Shown here: positions 45,101 through 56,792 of the stretch, piece after piece | How the letters are laid out: the number at the start of each line of letters is the position of its first letter | Numbering within the stretch: the stretch's first letter is position 1 | DNA from: Mantamonas sphyraenae STR306 | Lineage: Eukaryota; Protista; CRuMs | Length of the DNA: 64,000 nt | Reading direction: 5' to 3' | Assembly (NCBI GenBank): GCA_026936335.1 | Contig: JAPMXV010000044.1 | Location: 1 to 64,000, forward strand | Translations under genes and position numbers: made by a program | Notes under the pieces: model-generated | What the model was told of the DNA's origin: nothing | The model's input: the letters and a program-made list of their open reading frames with translations, nothing else | Database searches by the model: none

Positions 45101-47851
45101 GTTCAAGCGGATCTAGCAAGCGCAAATCAGCCCCCGAGGGATGATCCACTGTGTATTGAGGACAGTGTGTTGTGTAATCAAACACTGGTGCGTCACCTGC
45201 TCGTGAAGCTGAAGGACGCGTGTGTCCAGCACCACGCAACGGTGGCGCTGAGACCAGATTGGCTTTGGGAGGGCCGGGAAACAAAGGCCGGAGAGGGCAT
45301 TGAAGCGACTTCAGTTGCGGCTGATGAGACTGTCGAGGTGGTAGAGGTGGTGGAGGAGGAGGATGCTGAAGTGGTGGAGGAGGAGGATGGTGAGATGGTC
45401 GAGCTGGAGGAGAATGTGGGCGATTCCGTCGTTTTCTACTTGCCGGTCGACGAGACAATGGCTGCAATTCGCACACTGTACGAGAAGCGGAGAGCAGCTC
45501 TGAGGCCGTTGATCACACGCGCCTCAAAGGATGTGCTTGCCATGATCAAAGCGACAGTTGCCAGCCGCAGGGCCGAAGCCATGTTGTCTGCCGTGATCCC
45601 CGAGCAGATCACCTGCAAGCAGCTGCAGGAGACAGTCGGCGCTGCGTTGGGTGAGGACATGCAGAAGCGATTCAAGTTCACCTTGAACGCCAACACCAGC
45701 ACACGTGCGCTGTCGTTTGGTGACGGGTGTGGGGATCAAGCGTTGGCTGAGCTGGCGGAGGAGTTCCGTCGCAGGAAGCAGGTATGGAGGAAACTGATTG
45801 CCGGAGGGTCTCGAGTGACTGGGAAGGACACAGTAGCCTGGGCGAACTTGCTGGCCAGTGCGGGAGAGACTGCGGCCGAGGAGGAAGGCGTGGACCCACC
45901 AGAGCGCACCCAGGCCAAGTCCTTCTCATACACCAGGAAACTTACGGTGTCGAGCACCTTGGGCGTGTACCTGCTGCAGTTGACGTTGCAGAATGCGCAG
46001 GAGTGCGCAGAGCTGGCCAACAACGAGTGGGCAAAAAAGTGGTTCGAGTACGCCCGTGTGTGCAGCCGGACGAAGGCACAGAGGAGCGAAATTGAGCTGA
46101 CAGGATGGTATTCCTGGATGTACGCACGTACAACGACGCACTCGCCGCACGGTGTTCCCCTGAACAACCGTGACGACAACGACGATGCACACTCGATCCA
46201 GCCCACGACGGTGTCAGGCGTGACCCTACGCAGGCGCAGGTTCTGGGCAATGTTACTGCAACCAGTGCTGTCCACCAAACGGAACAAGGAACTGTGTGCT
46301 CTCCGCGCTCTTGCGGTACAGCCCGGGATGATTGGCCTCTGCGTCAATCGGCTCAAAACCCCCGGTGAGGTATGGAACAAGAAGAAGGTGACCCTTTTGG
46401 AGGTTTTCAAGGGCGAGTACCGTCGAAGGAGTCGGTGGAAGAAGCTGCTGGACGCGGTGGAAGACACACGTGCGAAGGCAACGAATTCTTCACCAGAGGG
46501 CGGCAGTGACGGCGTCGGCCCCGAGGACGACGGCAGTGATGAGGACGGTGACGACGTGGACGACGACATCGAGGACTTCGAGGACATCGAGGACGACGAC
46601 ATTGAGGACGACGAGGACGACGGGGTGGACGGCGAGGACGCAGATGGTGGCGATGAAAAGAAGCGAGTGAAAAGGACCATCCGGTACTTCTGCTTGTGGT
46701 ACACGGCGCGGACGGTGTTTGCTGACGACAAAGACGGAGTTGAGAACAACTACCCGACGCAGCTACGACACGCCGTGCCGACGTGCAAGCCACTGACGGG
46801 AGTTTTCCGCGAAGGCAACATCCAGCGGCCGCCGAAAGGTTATGAGCAGCTGACTGTACAGCTGTTGGAGGAAATGGTGATAAGTTTGAGGGACCCGGGT
46901 GCCAGGACAGACACAACACGGCTGTTTGTGCTTGCTGGACAAGACGTGCGCCGAGGGACGAGATTGGGAAAGTTTGTGCTGGGGTACAGCTATGCCAGTG
47001 GGAGGAGCAGCAACTCCCAGATCCAAGCACAGCAAGGCAGACACGCAGTGAATGCACACGCGCAAGATGACACCATTGCAAACACACAAGGGCACAGGAG
47101 AGCGACTGTGCGGATGAAGTCGCAGGCGAGGACGGCCGAGAATCAGGAGGCGAAAGAACTTGGCCTGTTTGCGACCATACAAGGTTGCAGGTACCAAGCT
47201 GCAGTCCTTGGAAACTGGACGGGACGAGGAATGGCCACTGTGAGCAAAGCAGCGCGCCAGCTTGCCACCCTTATGCCGACGTTCGTGATAAACGAAACTG
47301 GTACAACGCAGCGGTGCAGTGTGTGCTTGCGCAAGGCAGACTTTCATGAATTCTCTGGATCCTACGCCCCATTTGGCCGGCGCAAGGTGTGCAAATGCGG
47401 GGTGCCCACTGAGGCAAGATCGCAGAAAGCGCACGCTTACGCGGCTGCGTGTCTGCCTGCATCCAACGTACCGTTCCACAGAGACACGAACAGCGCGCAC
47501 GCCATTGCTGTCATTTTCCTCTCAAGGGTTGTGTGTGGCAGCCGCCCGAAAGCGTTCAGCAGCAGCTCAGCCACAAGCAGTTCAGCCACAAGCAGTACTG
47601 CAAGAACCAAGAAGAAGGCTCGCACACAAAGCGACAGCAAGAAGGGGCATGGTACCCAGCGACCAGGTGGCGACGCTGTCAACATGGACGGAATAGAGGA
47701 GAGCAACATTTTGCAAGGGAGAAGGACGCGGAATCAAGCGCAGATGAGCTACAGAGGCATGTGCGGTGACGACGAGGACAGTGACGATGATGATGACTAC
47801 GATGACAGTGACGATGATGATGACTACGATGACAACAACGGCAAAGAGTGA
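42146..47851 (+). CDS. Giant Fanzor/TnpB-like RuvC nuclease (~1831 aa; exons 42146-42548, 42679-42935, 43016-47851) with an XPG/FEN1-like N-terminal domain
   Basis: Two phase-compatible GTAAGT...CAG introns. N-terminal TYMDAA, LILE, IEADD, SEDSDF, LAGNMD. RuvC LRDPG, INETGTTQRCSVC, CKC, HRDTNSAHAI. Confidence 0.85.
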
Positions 47852-48035
47852 CAACGCGCGTGTGTGTGTGCACATTGAGAGTGAGATGTGATCCGAGGGA
47901 GTTGACCAGCTACCCCACTTCTACAAACAAGTAAGTGACACAATTGCATGCTGTAAAGGCCAGGCGCGCGAGACGTGCCACCCGTTTCTTTTCACTTCTG
48001 GAAAAGCGCTGACTCAGTTTGCCCCGAACGTAGTG
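47852..48035 (+). ncRNA. Candidate omegaRNA scaffold of element 3
   Basis: Non-coding right end with small hairpins (GGCGCG-CGAGA-CGTGCC; TTTTC...GAAAA). Positional inference. Confidence 0.4.
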
Positions 48036-48486
48036 TAGTCTCGACCGCCTTGCTCGCGCACAGCGCATGTCATCCACAACCACTCCCTGCTTACCTCGTC
48101 AAGATTTGTCCACGCTCGGATAACCCCATCTCGGCCCGCTGTAAAGAGACGCGAGTTGTCCGCGTCCAAGCACAGTGCATTGACTCCCGACTGCACAAAA
48201 CACACCACGCGCGTGTCAGTCCATGGGCTCCCTGACCCATCCCGCTCGTTCCACACCTTTCCCGTGCGCCTACCTTGTGTCTGTCCTCCCCGTCCTCGGG
48301 GATGTTGTAACACACTCGCGGTGTCTTTTTGCTTTTCGACATCGACTTCTTCTGGGCTCCATCGCGCATCGGCATTCATTCATTCCTGTCACTGCATTGT
48401 TCAGACGCACTCATCACTCCAGCTGGAAACCGGATTGCACCAGGTGCAGCAGCGGAAGGAACAACTCCTCCTCCTTCATCTCGGTG
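48036..48486. repeat. Right copy of the long direct duplication (orphan WDR48 5' exons plus the Nudix 3' end)
   Basis: Matches 40915-41354 except CGCCTTGCTCGCGCACA here versus ATGGTT in the left copy. Confidence 0.95.
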
Positions 48487-48976
48487 ATCTCCGTCCACGT
48501 CACCCACTTCCACTCGCTGCACTTTTTGGCCTCCACAATCTCGGCCTCAGCCGACTCGTCCACCATGTTGGCCGTGTACACAAACGTGTAGAAGTGTTTC
48601 TCGTCGTTCACAAAGATGTCCTCCGTCCACTTGACAAACTTCACGTTGTTGATGTCCAGGTTGGTTTCCTCCTTCGTTTCCCGCACCACACTCGTCTCGG
48701 CCGTCTCGAACCAGTCAATCTTGCCCCCCGGGAGCGCCCATGTGCTACACCACCACAATCCACCGCACGCACACACACACACACACGTGACACGCACCAT
48801 GCACATCTCAGTGTGAGCGGGCGCAAAACGCAGGAAACCACAAACACAGCTCCCCTCTCGCCTTACCCCTCGCCATGGGCTCCTTTGCGCTGTCCAATCA
48901 GCACCTTGCCGTCACGCTGGATGATGACAGACACGCCCACCATGGGCCATCGAACGTTCTCTTCACCGTGGGACAT
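48414..48976 (-). CDS. Nudix hydrolase (NUDT15-like), spliced
   Basis: VGVSVII...VLIGQRKGAHGEG|TWALPGG, RETKEETNL Nudix box, KCSEWKWV, LFLPL. Confidence 0.9.
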
Positions 48977-49037
48977 TGTGTTGCCTGGTCAGTACTTTGA
49001 GTGGCGGAGCCAGTGCGCCGGTTTCCACAAGTCCTCC

Positions 49038-51074
49038 ATGTCCCGCACCGACACTGAAGGCGCGGGAAATGGGGACGATGTGGACACCCCCTTCACCGCC
49101 CGCTCTGCATCCCATGTTCCCCGTGGCAGTGAGGACGGCGAGCAGCTGCTGCTTCACCACTTTGGTTCCAATGACTCTCAGGAGGACCAGGACGTCCTGC
49201 TCGCACGCGCTAGCATGCGCAAAAAAGACCTGTTGAACAACCTCCCTGACGTCGAGTTTCCCGTCACCAAAGAGCTCAGCTTTGGCCGTCTTCAGCCCCG
49301 TGTCCTGCTTTTTGACGCGTCAGTGACTGCCCCAGCCTCCAATGCTGCACGCGTTCCTGCCTGGCATGTTTCACCTGCCTCTTTTGACCTTCCAATCCCT
49401 GCTCTTGCTCACAACCTCCCTACACACACCGCGCAGCGACTCGGTTTGCAACGTGCGCAACGGCGAAGTTACATCTCGCCACCCATATCGCACAGTGACC
49501 AAGATCTGGCTTTCCGATCTCGAGAGACTCGTTATTCAGTACGAAGATGCCCATGACTACATCTACCGGTCGCCTGACGCTCTTCTCATTGTGCAGGAGC
49601 TATCGACACGCATCTCGCTCGCGCGCGCAAGGTGGGTCAGCGAATGCCCCCCCCCCATTCACCTTGCACCCCACACAACCGCCCAACACTCATGTTTTGT
49701 ACGCGCCGGCACCACTGCAGTGAGAAAAGCGAAATCACAGAGCGGGTGGAGAACGAGTTCCTTCAGGCGTTTGCCGGTTTGAGTGCCGAAGTCGCTCGCA
49801 CGCTCATGGGATATCAAGTGGACATGGCCGGCGGACGTGCGTCGTGTGCCCTAAAGTATGTACACACAGAGGATGGCCTGGACACAGGGTCAGCAGCTGC
49901 GATTCGGCGCAAGGCTGCTTTCGACCGACAAGGAGACACAGACGCCACCGAGGCACAGCTCATGGACCTGGACAACCAGATTGAAGCCATAGTCATGGAT
50001 CGAGACGAAGACATCGGACGCACCATTGCCCATTTCGTGGCCAACTTCCGTGAAGCCGAGCGCTCGCCCTTGACTCTCCTCCAATGCTGCCGAACGCTTC
50101 TGGACGGCCTCAAGGAACACTTGCAGCTCACAAAAATGGATGAACTGCTCGGCAAAGGCTTCTCTGAGGACGACGTACTCGAATCGGCCGAAATGGCCCT
50201 CCAGCGCGCCGTTTGTGTGCCGCTGGAGTCCCGCATTCTGTCGGCCATTTCCACTGCGGATGCAGAGCGAAACGCCGTCCTCAACCGCAATTTGTACATG
50301 TGTCAAGGACTGGATCAGGCAGTTTTCCATGTTGCGGAGCACTTGCAGTCGCCGAGCAACTACTTTGAGGCCGTGGTTGAACTCAGCTTCATGAGCCGCT
50401 TCCAGACGCCAAAAGACAAACTGGCGCAGCTACGCAAGAGCGTAAACAAGATATTTGCAGCCGTCAAAGAAATTTCGCTTGCTCGTGGCGACGATGAACA
50501 GATGGTGGTCGGAGGCGACGAGTTTCTCGCCATCTTTGTCTTTGTCGTTTCCCAGTCGCAGCTAGCCGACCTCGTCAGTCTCATGGAGTTTGTGTGGGGT
50601 CTGAGCGCGCGCGAGGATATAAGCGGTGAATTGGGCTACTACGCCACCGTGATGACCTCGGCCGTGACATACTTGGAGCACTTGACCCTGGACCAGCTCG
50701 ACCTCAGTCAATCCGAGTGCGAGCAACTGGAGGCTCGCGCCAAGGCATACGACGAGGAGCTAGAGCAACATTCAAAGGACAACAGCAAAACGCGCAGGCT
50801 GCTAAGCCGCCTGGGCCTGACCAAGTCGTCTGGCGTTCGCAGCGGGGCCGGTGGCAGCTCGACAACCGCCTCGGGCCAGGATGCAGAGACAAAGACGCAC
50901 AGGCACGAAGGAGACCTTCTTGGTGACCGGTTGTCAGAGGACATTGCACGCGGCTTTGGATCTGGCCGGAGTGCGAGCATCTTGCAGGGCAGGAAAGCCG
51001 CGGAGGCGATGCCAAACGAATCGCAGCCAAACGCAATGGTAGGTCCCGTGGACGGTGAGCAGACACATGAATAG
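49038..51074 (+). CDS. VPS9-domain Rab5 GEF-like protein, spliced
   Basis: TPKDKL, VGGDEFLAIFVFVV, GELGYYATVMTSAVTYL. Confidence 0.8.
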
Positions 51075-51147
51075 ACACGAAAGCTTTGTACAGACAAGTG
51101 GTGGGACTTTGAAGCGTGCTTCACGTAGAGGGCGTAGCTGACAAGGA

Positions 51148-52576
51148 GTGGTGCTGAACAAACAGGAATCGGCATACTTGCAGCAAGCTGTGGGCACAGA
51201 GCTGACAGAAGCGCTTGCAGCCGTGAGCATTGAGCAGTCTGAGGATCCAATCGAGTTTGTGGCACAATTTCTGCTGGGCAAAGTGGCGAGCGACCAGCGC
51301 AAGCAGAAGGTGAGTTGGCACAACGAAAACGGTGCGAGCACCACACAGAGCTCTTGGCCAAACATCCGCACAAGACAGCCTGGTATGCGTCGTATCCCCT
51401 GTGGATCCATGGGATGGATACACTTTACGCGTGTGCATGTGATGTTGGGCCGCAAGGGTGCATGAAACGTCTGCGGCCGAGCCAAATGCCACCTCACGCA
51501 ACGGTCACTGCGGAAAGCAAAGCGCACACGACAACGGGCGACAACGCTCACCACACGCACCACCACACACACACTGCCCTTGCACAGATCGATGCACAGA
51601 AGAAGCAGCTGGAAGTGGAGCGTGAAGAGTATGCAAAGGAGCAGGAGCGACTGCGGTTGGAAGAGGAGCAGCGCGAGCGAGAGCGCATCGCAGAAGCCAA
51701 GCGCGTGGCGGCGGAGCGCAAGCAAAAGACAGCGCGGCTGCAAGAAAAGGTGGACAAGCAGCTGGACGAGTGGGAGCTGCAGGCGGAGCAGAAGAAGCGC
51801 AGCAAACTGGAGCTGGCCGAGTGGCACTTTGCACAGCTGACCAACCTGCTCGCCGAACTCGAGCCTTATCACCTGGAGGCCCTGGCCAACACACACGATG
51901 CGCAAGGCACGTCGACTCACAAAGTACTCAAGGCTGCCCTCTACCTCCACGGCCTCCGCAAGACCGAGCTCGATGGCTGGCAGGCTTGTGCAAACCAGCT
52001 CTCTCCGGACCTCCTTGTGGCCCTCACCGAGTTCAACCCGGCCTCAGCACACCCTGACCTGCCTTTCCAGCGTGCAAAGCGCCTGTTGCAATGTATGTTG
52101 TCCGTGCGAGCGAGTGTGCATGCCGACCACCGCCCAAGCAGACCCGTGACCACTGACACCCAGACACGCCCAAAGTTGTCGACATGACGTCGCTGGAGGA
52201 CCATGACTTTGTGAGCAGCATCCTGGCACACTGGACCTCTGCGGCCATGGCGCTGCGCAAACAGTGCATGCGCCGATGGAAGCGTCAGGCAAAGCGTGGT
52301 GCGGACGTGCCTGAACTCGAGGAAGTGGAAGAGCTGAACCAGGAGTTGTTGGACGAAGAGGAGGAAGAGGATCTGGAGCTGGAAGAACCCGAGTTTGAAG
52401 ACGACGCGGACGTCGAGGAGGAAGAGGAGGAAGAGGAGGAGGAGGAAGAAGAAGAAGACGAGGACGAAGAGCTGTTGGAAGATCCACGCGGAGACGACCG
52501 CGCAACCGACGACGACGACGACGAAGGTGCTGCAGTGTCTGGAGGCGACGAAACCGACGAAGAGATTCTGGAGTGA
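51148..52576 (+). CDS. Dpy-30-motif coiled-coil protein with acidic tail, spliced (start uncertain)
   Basis: AYLQQAVGTELTEALAAVSIEQSEDPIEFVAQFL, followed by a coiled coil and a poly-E tail. Confidence 0.6.
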
Positions 52577-52622
52577 TGGATGAGGGAAGCAAATGACAGA
52601 ATGCATGAATTTCAACAGCTAC

Positions 52623-54646
52623 TCACTCGCTGTCGCTCACGTTGTCGTTTGGAATCTCCAGAGCAATCTCGGCTCCCGAGTCCTGGTGCTGCACAATGTT
52701 GATGGGGGCATGGTGCACACGCACGTGCTCACTTCCCCGGCGCAGAGCGGTGTCCAACCCCTGTTGAGTAAAGTCGCGGTGCAGAGTCTGGTGCTTCTGC
52801 CTGCGTCGCAGCAACTCGCTGGTCGCCATCTTTTCGTTGAGCACAAGCATCTTCATGTCCTCGGTGGTGTAGAACTCGTCGCGGAAGTACGCCTCCTTGT
52901 TGTTCAGTCGGAACACCCACTCCTGCAGGGTCTCGATGGAGCGCAGGATCTCAAAGTTCATGAGGAAATTGTCGCCGTGCTGCAGAGAATCAAAGTCCAG
53001 ATCAGCCAGCTGCTTGTCCAAGTCTTCGTCCAGAACCTCGTTCTCCACATCCGGGTTGCCCCACTTCTTGTACAGGTAGTAGGTGACGCCAACGACGATC
53101 GCCGCGGTGACAATCAGGCCTGCGATCTGGCCCCCGTCGATCACAAAGCCGTCGGACGAGCCCGACGTAGCCCGTTCGCTGACTTTGAAGTACTCGTCAA
53201 AGATAGAAAAGTAGGCGGATGTGTACATCACGCGGAGGAGGCCGCGGTTGACTTCTTCTTCAAACTGCTTGTTTGCGCTATTGGGCATCACAAAGCCGTA
53301 AGTCTGCTTGTTGAAGACTTCTCCGACAATGACCGTGTCAAACGAACCGTTTGCTTCCCGTTCCTTGACGTGGAAGCGCAAAATGGGAAAGTCGTAAACA
53401 ACGGCAGCGTATGAGTTGTTGTGGAAGTTGTCGAACATTTGGGAGAGGGAGCTTGCGCCCTCCACAATGATGCCGCTCTGGGACTTGAGGTAGTTGTACG
53501 GGGCCGAGCCATTGACTGAGCCCACCTTGCGGCCAGCCAAGTCTGACAACTTGCTGATGTCGCTGCTGCTGGCCTGCAGACTGAGGGCAACGGTGATGGA
53601 TGCTGTGACGAAAGCAACCACAATACTGCGAGGTGGCAGGGGGTGGGTCCACACCGGGAGTGTGGGGGGGCAACTTCGGTGTCAGAGGACCAAGAAAGGT
53701 TGGGGTTGGGGTTTGCTTTTGGGCGGGGCACGTACATGGAGACAAAGCTCAGAATGGCACTCATTGCCTGTTGGGGTGGCACAAGGTGCGAATTGCCGTA
53801 GAGTGTGAGAGGTGGGTGGCCATCGAATACGGGGATCTACAACCACAAAAAAGGGCAAAGGCTGGCTGGGGCGACAATCGTACGTTGGAGAAGGGATGCC
53901 TGGGCACCTTGGTGGGCTTGGCGAGCAGAGAGAGCGTGATCCACTTCATGGCCTCGGGGATTCCCTTTTTCGGGTTGGCCTCAAAGAAGCTTGTGTTTCC
54001 GGGCGTCTTGTACACCTGTGTGGGATGGGAGGGCGGGCACGTGTCAGGGAGCCGCGCGCAAAGAGCACAAGGACACAACACATGGAGCGCGGGCCAAGCA
54101 GGCGATGCAGAAAAAGTGGTCAGTGGCATCACATACCTCGAGTAGCCAGATGATGCAGGCCAGACACAAGATGCCTGTAATCATGGCCAAGACGACAAGC
54201 AGGAAGCGCTGACCAAAGATGTAGTCAACAACGGCCTGAGCCCCATTGGACTGCTGCTTCTTGACCATGATCTGCAGACCACTGTCGAAGAACGAGTGGC
54301 TGAAATCGACGATCTGTTCGCGCGTGGCTGTGATCGTAGGTGCAGCAAGACCGATGTCTGCCGCGCCTGTGTTGAGGGCATCAAAGATTTCGTCGTTGCT
54401 CGTGAACTCGAGGACGGTGGGCTCCAGGGTGGACGAGAAATTGCTCAAGAGGGGCAACACGTGCTGCTCGAACAGCTTGAACGTAAACCCGTCCCAGGTG
54501 TTTCCGTTCTTGATGGCAAACGGCGGCGTGGGCTTTGTTGCCACGCGGATGCGCTGGTTCTGCGCCTTGCTGCTTCCAACCATCATCAAGACGGCCAGCA
54601 CCAGCACCAGCGCTAGGTTTGTTTGTTTGGATGTCAACGTAACCAT
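52623..54646 (-). CDS. Ionotropic glutamate receptor-like protein (split solute-binding domain plus TM segments), spliced
   Basis: Signal peptide, IRVATKPTPPF, GFTFKL, TITATREQIVDFSHSFFDSGL, IIWLLE, AFVTASIT, DLAGRKVG, YGF. Confidence 0.8.
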
Positions 54647-54881
54647 TGTTTCTTTTTTTTTTGTTGTTGCTTTTGTGTTTGCGAGAGTCGGGCGACTCTA
54701 CGCCGCATCGAAAACGCAAACTCGACACCGGCAGCATAACACACATCGCACCGCAAACTCGCTCCAAGGGAACCAACAGCTCCCACAGGCGCTAGACAGA
54801 GAGAAATTCAAGAGAGAAACATGTGGTGCATGGACATGGCACGCATGCAAAGTCTCAGCCAGCAGAATTTGTGCGAAAACC

Positions 54882-56053
54882 ATGTCATCCACCAACGCGT
54901 TTGCAGCCCTGGGGGAGGAACCCGAGGTGGAGGTGAACGTGGAGGAGGATGTAGAAGAGGCGGTGGAAGAAGAGGAGGAGCAGAAGAAGGAGGAAAGCGC
55001 CGAGGAGGCCCGCAAGCGCAGTCAGCGAGAAATGTGGGCCAAGGTGAAGCCCGTCGAGTCTGAGCAGGCGCTGCGTATGCTGGTGGTTTGTGGAGTGCCT
55101 GGGTCGGGAAAAAGCACCATAACCAAACCGCTGGCCAACGTGTTTGGATGGGGCCGGGTGAACCAGGACGAGATGGGCACACGCAAGTCGTGCGAGGTAA
55201 GGCTCACAAAGCAGGCCACCTCACGCCAACGAGTAAAACTGACACAGTCACAACGGCCACAACATACGCACTGCGTCCTTTTGGGTCGCTGCCGGCTTCA
55301 CAAACACAGTACTTCACGCGCAAGTTCCTGGAAAAAAAGGTGCCGGTGGTGGTTGATCGCTGCAACTTTGACAACAAGCAGCGGGCACACTGGGTGCGCC
55401 TTGCACGCAAGTACAACGTGCCCCGCGTGGAGTGCGTGCACATTGACGTGCCCGTGGCTGAGTGCATCCGGCGTGTGACGCAGCGAGAAGACCACGAGAC
55501 GATTGCGAGTGGGGCCGACTCCAACGGCGACTCGGTCGTGCTCAAGATGCGCAGCATGTACACGCAGGCCACCAAAGACGAAGGCTTTGACCGTGTCACC
55601 GTCTTTGATTTCCACGGCTACCCCGGCACAGCCAAGGAGGTGCTTGAAGAGCTGCAGGCGCAACGGAACCAAGACGGCGCTGGCTCCTCCTCCTCCTCTT
55701 CCTCCTCGGACTCCAAAGACACCAATGACTCTACAACGGTCCAGGCGAAGGATGGTAACGAAAAGGAGGACGAGAACCTGCTGGAACGGTGGAGCAGGCT
55801 GTTGAAGCGCGTGGCGGACGAGGAAGAGGCGGACGCCGGGTTGTACAACGACAAGGGCAAGCTGCAAGTGCCAGATGGCCACGTGCAGGTGGAAAATGTG
55901 TTTCCCATCAAAGAGTTGGTGAGTGTGGACGGCGATGGACGGCTGCACGTCCATTTCAACGCACGTCGCAAAAAGGGTCTCAGCCGCGAACATGTCTGCA
56001 AGGTTGCGCTCACCGTGCTGGGAATCGATCTGGAGTCGGCCAAGGGACACTGA
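54882..56053 (+). CDS. AAA_33/polynucleotide kinase-like P-loop protein, spliced
   Basis: CGVPGSGKST, RVNQDE, VVVDRCNFD, EGFD. Confidence 0.8.
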
Positions 56054-56128
56054 AGAACGCATGGATTGTTACGTGATGGGTTCTGGAAGGAATGAATCCG
56101 AGCATTGCGCCATGGCTGCCAACAAAAC

Positions 56129-56577
56129 ATGTCGGGTGAAACGGGCACGCGCACAGCGGGAATCGCCAGTTCGGTGGAACAGGAGCAGGACACAACCAGC
56201 GAAAAGGGCAATGTACAACACATTCACCTGACGCTGGACAGTGACGAGGGCACGGAGGGCGAGCACAAGCACGTCAAGTGGACGGAAGACACCGTCGACA
56301 ATGAACACCTGGGCCGCAAGTCGAGCAAAAGTGAGTGTGCAGCGTGTGTGGAGAGCTGTGTTGCGGTTCACTCACACCTTTTGTCGACGCGTGCGTGTGT
56401 CCTTCAGTTTGCTGCCAATATCACAAGCCGCGCGAATTTGGAGAATCGGACAGCGAAAGCAGCGACGACGAGTTTGAGGGCAAGCGTGTGCGCATCAAGC
56501 GTGTCAGACGCAAGAAGAACACAGACGGAGAGCACCAAGAGCATGATCATGCACACGACTGCACTTGCGACTCGTGA
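56129..56577 (+). CDS. Protein phosphatase 1 inhibitor 3 (Ypi1/PPP1R11-like), spliced
   Basis: KHVKWTEDTVDNEHLGRKSSK|CCQYHKPREFGESDSES. Confidence 0.9.
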
Positions 56578-56792
56578 TGCGTGCACGGGAGGTCGAGAAT
56601 CTTCTTTCCGCCCGAGTTGCAGGTTCGGCGCTGGAGATTCAAACCGCCGTCGAGTGGCCATGGCACATCAAACGTGAAGAGAGTACGATGGTGTTGTGGG
56701 CAGGGGGGAGTTTGTTGGACGGATGACCCATAGATAAACGAACGGCGCGTGTGCGTCCTGGCACCCAGCCAAAACTCACCTCACCAACGAAC

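Larger units (their letters stand above)
41355..48035 (+). mobile_element. Element 3: TIR element carrying a giant Fanzor-like gene and no transposase
   Basis: The left end CAGGCCGTTCGAGTCAAGTTGAGCCTTGCGCCGCAATCCC matches the element 1 left end at 34/40. The right TIR CTCAGTTTGCCCCGAACGTAGTG (48013-48035) is followed by TA. Confidence 0.85.

Noticed and set aside
48014-48379. Second WDR48 gene
   Set aside because: Only the duplicated 5' exons are present, truncated by the element 3 right end.
40931-48486. 424-bp direct repeats as LTRs of a retroelement
   Set aside because: The repeats consist of host WDR48 and Nudix exon/intron sequence, no RT or integrase motifs are seen, and TIRs lie just inside them.
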